Assembly: GCA_043228905.1 (NCBI GenBank)
Contig: JBHGNT010000013.1
Coordinates: 1,984,001-2,048,000, forward strand
DNA length: 64,000 nt
DNA from: Azolla caroliniana
Lineage: Eukaryota > Plantae > Polypodiophyta
Direction of reading: 5' to 3'
Below the pieces are notes generated by a model. It had not been told where the DNA came from, ran no database searches, and saw only the letters and a program-made list of their open reading frames with translations. Positions 60,026 through 64,000 of the stretch are shown in pieces (position 1 is the first letter of the stretch; each line of letters starts with the position of its first letter). The translations under genes and the position numbers were made by a program.

Positions 60026-63000
60026 ACAATACAATATGTCCTATTTATATAGGAGTACTATGTGCCCCTTGGATGTTTGTAGGGTCATGGTACCCTTTGG
60101 GATGTTTGTAGGGTCATGATACCCTTTGGGATATTGAAGGGTCATGGCACCCTTTGGGATATTGAAGGTTCAAGGCACCCTTTGGATATTTACAGGGTTA
60201 CATTATCAATATTATAATAAAGTAAATTATAACATCTTTACATAAAACATATATAACTTGATGGCTAGAGTTGAGTGCTCCTCCTTAGGAGGTCATGGGT
60301 TCAACTCACCCTAAACCTCATGGGGTTTCATCTACTCATGACACCATCTCCCTCCTTCGATGACGTGTTCTAGGAGTCGTAATGCATGAATTGGGCTCGG
60401 CTTATTTGGATATTGACGATGAGATTCAGCTACCAGATCGGAGGTGTTGTCAAGGTTCTCGGCTAGTTCCCAAGTATGATCATTAGGTATATAACCTAAC
60501 CAGTCCACGAGATAGTAAAGCTTCTTACGTACTATCTTGCAGTCCAGAACAACTTTGACTTCGAATTCTAGGCCAGAAACAAGTTGAACCGGAGGTGGGG
60601 GTAGAACAACCTGATCTGGAATGGGACTAGCATTGGAAGGTTCCAACAATGACACATGAAATACTAGGTGTAGATGCATGTGTGGGGGAAATCAAGGCGG
60701 AATGCAACATCATTGATTTGATGAGAGATAATAAATGGACCAAGTCATACATAATCCAACTTATCACAAGGTTTAGTGGTCTTCACATTACGTCGTAATA
60801 ACCATACACGATCCCTAATTCAAAATTTTGGTTCCTCTGGTGAGGAGTCAAGACGATGACGATCTGCAGCCTTCTTGTGTGTGGCTTGAGCCATATCTAA
60901 ATGGTGAGAAAGTGCAACATGAACTACTTGGAGTTGGCGTAGATGGTCCTCAACAGCAAGATTTTTTGAGATTTCTGGATGTTCGATCATCATCCAACGT
61001 GGATGATATCCTATGTTTGCAAAAAATGGAGAATATCCTGTTGAGGAATGAACCGAATTATTGTATGCAAACTTTGCAAAGTGTAAAAAATCCACCCAAT
61101 AATCCTGTTGATAATTGATGAAACATCGAAGATATTGTTGTAGAGTTTGATTTGTGTGCTCGGTTTGACTGTCACTTTGTGGATGATAGCTTAAAGAAAG
61201 TTTACTAGAGACTTTGAGCATCTCAAGCACGTGTTTCAAGAATTTTGAGATGAATTGTGGGCCACGATCACTAATGATGTCATTTGGAAGATCATGAAGC
61301 CGAAATACTTCTTTCATAATGATGTCTGCAGTTTCTTTACTGTTGATAGTTTTCATGCATGGAAGAAAATGCACCATCTTTGTGAATCGATCTACTACAG
61401 TGAGGATAGCATAAAAACTCTTTGAAATTGGAAGATCTGTTACAAAGTCCACAGAGATGGATTTCCACGGACTAGTAGGAACTGGCCATGGATGTAATAA
61501 CCCATATGGTCGATGTCGCGGAATCTTTGACTGACAACACACATCACAAGTACGAACATAATCCTCAACAAACTCCCAAAGATGAGGCCACCAATAGTTT
61601 CGAGAAACTAGCTCCAAAGTTTTGTGGATTCCAAAGTGACCATCCATTGGGTTGTCATGACAATATTGCATTACTTGGACTCGAGATGAACCATTGGGGA
61701 TATACAAAAGAGTGTTACGAAAAAGTAACCCATTTTTCCATTGAAATTGGTTATAATCTTTCCAAGGATACTTGGATTTTGAAGAAGACGCATGATCTGA
61801 AATGACATGATTCAATACATCTTGAGCAAATTCATCAGAAATGATACCTATTCGGATTGAATCAAGGAGCCTAGAATCTTCAAGACCTGCTTTAGAGGTA
61901 TTAATAGGCAATAGTCGAAATCGATCAAGCCCTAGGAGGACTTGCTTTTGATGATCAAGTGTGGGCTCACCTGGTTGTGGCGCTAAATAAGATCGTCGTG
62001 ATAGAGCGTCTGCCTTTCCTTGTTGTACTCCAGGGAAATATGTGATGAGGAAGTCAAAACGCGTCAAGAATTGTGTCCAACGAGCTTGGCGTCGACTCAA
62101 GACTCTAGCATTTTGAAAGTATCTAAGGTTTTTATTATCATTGTAAACAATGATTTGGTGGGGAGAACCTTCTAAGAGATGCCTCAAATGTTCAAACGAG
62201 TCTATAATGGCCAGGAGCTCTACAGCTTCGAATTTCCGTGAATGGAAAGCAATTTGATGCAGCTTACCATCATCTCCAACCTGCGACAAGATACTTCCTA
62301 GTGCAAAATCAGACACATCTGCCTCAATGATAAAGGGTTTTTCTAGGTCAGCATGAAGTAGAATAGGAGCAGAAGTGAATGCTCTCTTTAGGTTTTCAAA
62401 AGCTTTGGCTGCATTGGAACTCCATGTGAACGACTTGTTCTTTTGTGTAAGCTTCGTGAGAGGCATCACGATGTTCGAGTAGTTCTTGATAAATTTGAGG
62501 TAAAAATTTGCAAATCCTAAGAAACACTAAACATCACGCACTGGGCGAGGTGTTTCCCAATTTAGAATTGTCTGCACCTTAAAGGGATCCATAGATATAC
62601 CTTGTTGTGAAACCACATACCCTAGAAACTCCACGTGGTTTTGATCAAAGCTACATTTCTCGAGTTTGGCATAGAGCCAATATTCTCATAAGCGTTGGAG
62701 GACTTGGCGGACATGTGTGTCATGCTCTTCTTGACTTTTTGTGTAGATCAAGATGTCATCAATATATACTATGGTAAATGAATCCAAGAAGTTGCGAAAC
62801 ATATCATTCTTCATGTGTTGAAAAACTGCGGATGCATTCGTGAGACCAAAAGGCATAACCGTGTACTAGAAATGTCCGTATCGAGTACAGAATGTTGTCT
62901 TCCATTCGTCTCTTGGACGTATCCGAACAAGGTTATATGTGCCTCGAAGGTCTAGCTTTGTGAAAACTTTAATTCCACTAAGACGCTCTAGTAAACTCGA

Positions 63001-63679
63001 TATAAAGGGTAGAGCATATCTATTTCGAACTGTGATTTTGTTTAAACCTCGATAATCCACACCATTCGTAAAGACCCATCTTTCTTCTGGACAGAGAATA
63101 TGGGTGCACCAACCGGGCTTTTAGAATGTTGAATGAATCAATTTGCTAGGTGCTCATCTATATACTCTCGAAGGGCAATGAGTTTAGAAGGTGATAGATT
63201 ATATATTGGGCCCCATGGTGGCTCTTTCACAGGTTGTAGATCGATCGGACAATCATAAGGACGAGGGCCTGGAAGAGAACTAGCTTTAGTTTTGTTGAAG
63301 ATGTCTTCAAAATTCAAGTACTTAGTAGGGAGGTGAGTACGTGCCCCTTGTGAACTAGAGGATGGATTTGCCGTTACTGCAAAGACAAATATTTCATTTG
63401 TCTGCCCGTCTTCTCGTAAGTTTTGTAGAGATATGAGCGAGATTTGGTGAGGTTTTTAATCTTGGTTGGTAGTAACAAAGCTGTTGGATTCAAGTTTCTG
63501 CTGGAAATAATGGATTGCTCGATTTCTCCAGTCAATTTCAGGATTATGAAGCTCAAACCAAGGAAAACCAAGGATAACCGGATGCTCAGGGCTACTAATT
63601 ATATTGAAGGAAATCACACAAGCAAGGCTACCAATGACTACTCGAATCGGCTCGGATTCTTCGACTATATCCCTAGATC
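60026..63679 (-). mobile_element. Tcn1-like chromovirus J (partial 3' LTR and degenerate pol with chromodomain)
   Basis: LTR starts TGTCATG at 60343 after PPT 60344-60358; chromodomain EFEV..YLVDWLGY..TWE at 60332..60679; RH-INT 60820..62469; RT and PR up to 63679. Confidence 0.9.
60062..60200. repeat. About five 29-30-bp tandem repeats in the J LTR
   Basis: Units resembling ACCCTTTGGGATGTTTGTAGGGTCATG. Confidence 0.85.
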
Positions 63680-64000
63680 TGTAAAGAATAGCATGCGGAA
63701 GAAATAGAAATCCAAACACAGAAAATACGCAGGTTTCATGGAGAGCTTGAATATACACAATACGCGGAAGAGACAGAGAGAGAGAGATCACACAAAAAAC
63801 TCAATTAAAAATAATACACAATCTGTACATACACCGTGCTCAGTGAGCACCTTTTTTACAAGTGCTGACAATAGGGCGGACACAAGTACTGACAGTACTT
63901 GACCGCTAATAAATGAGCCTACTACACTAACTCCCAAAATTATTCCTTACGAGGAATATCTTCCCAACGGCCCCGTGGTTTTCATACCTATACGGCAATG
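63680..64000 (-). mobile_element. LTR of a further, probably Copia, element interrupting the J protease; runs off the window
   Basis: TGTAAAGAATAGCATGCGGAAG resembles the Copia I LTR end TGTGAAAGTTAGCGTGCGGAAG; (GA)n tract; J homology stops abruptly. Confidence 0.6.

Overview
This is a eukaryotic, almost entirely transposon-derived window with no host gene. Land-plant-type tRNA primer sites plus Tcn1-like chromoviruses suggest a bryophyte or other seed-free plant (inference). It is a deeply nested stack of LTR retrotransposons whose order can be read from target-site duplications (TSDs). An old tandem duplication of a [Tcn1-like fragment + Copia] unit forms the outer layer. Copy 1 carries an endonuclease-less Penelope-like element (PLE, 6936-10181) with a -1 frameshift signal and a hammerhead ribozyme. 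Copy 2 carries a 42.6-kb nest: Gypsy C contains Gypsy D (which contains intact Copia H) and Gypsy F (which contains Gypsy E, which contains Gypsy G). Gypsy A lies to the left; an L1-type LINE fragment and chromovirus J lie to the right. Most notable: (1) Gypsy C and E have no polypurine tract (PPT) at the 3' LTR and instead carry a copy of a tRNA-Arg 3' end exactly 2 nt from the LTR, suggesting tRNA priming of both DNA strands; (2) the PLE with ORF1/-1 frameshift/RT/TATA/hammerhead; (3) tRNA-like Pol III A/B boxes inside the LTRs of six different families; (4) several -1 frameshift structures and a Tf1-style self-priming site. All calls were made by eye, tRNA and lineage identities come from recalled sequences, and no database searches were run.
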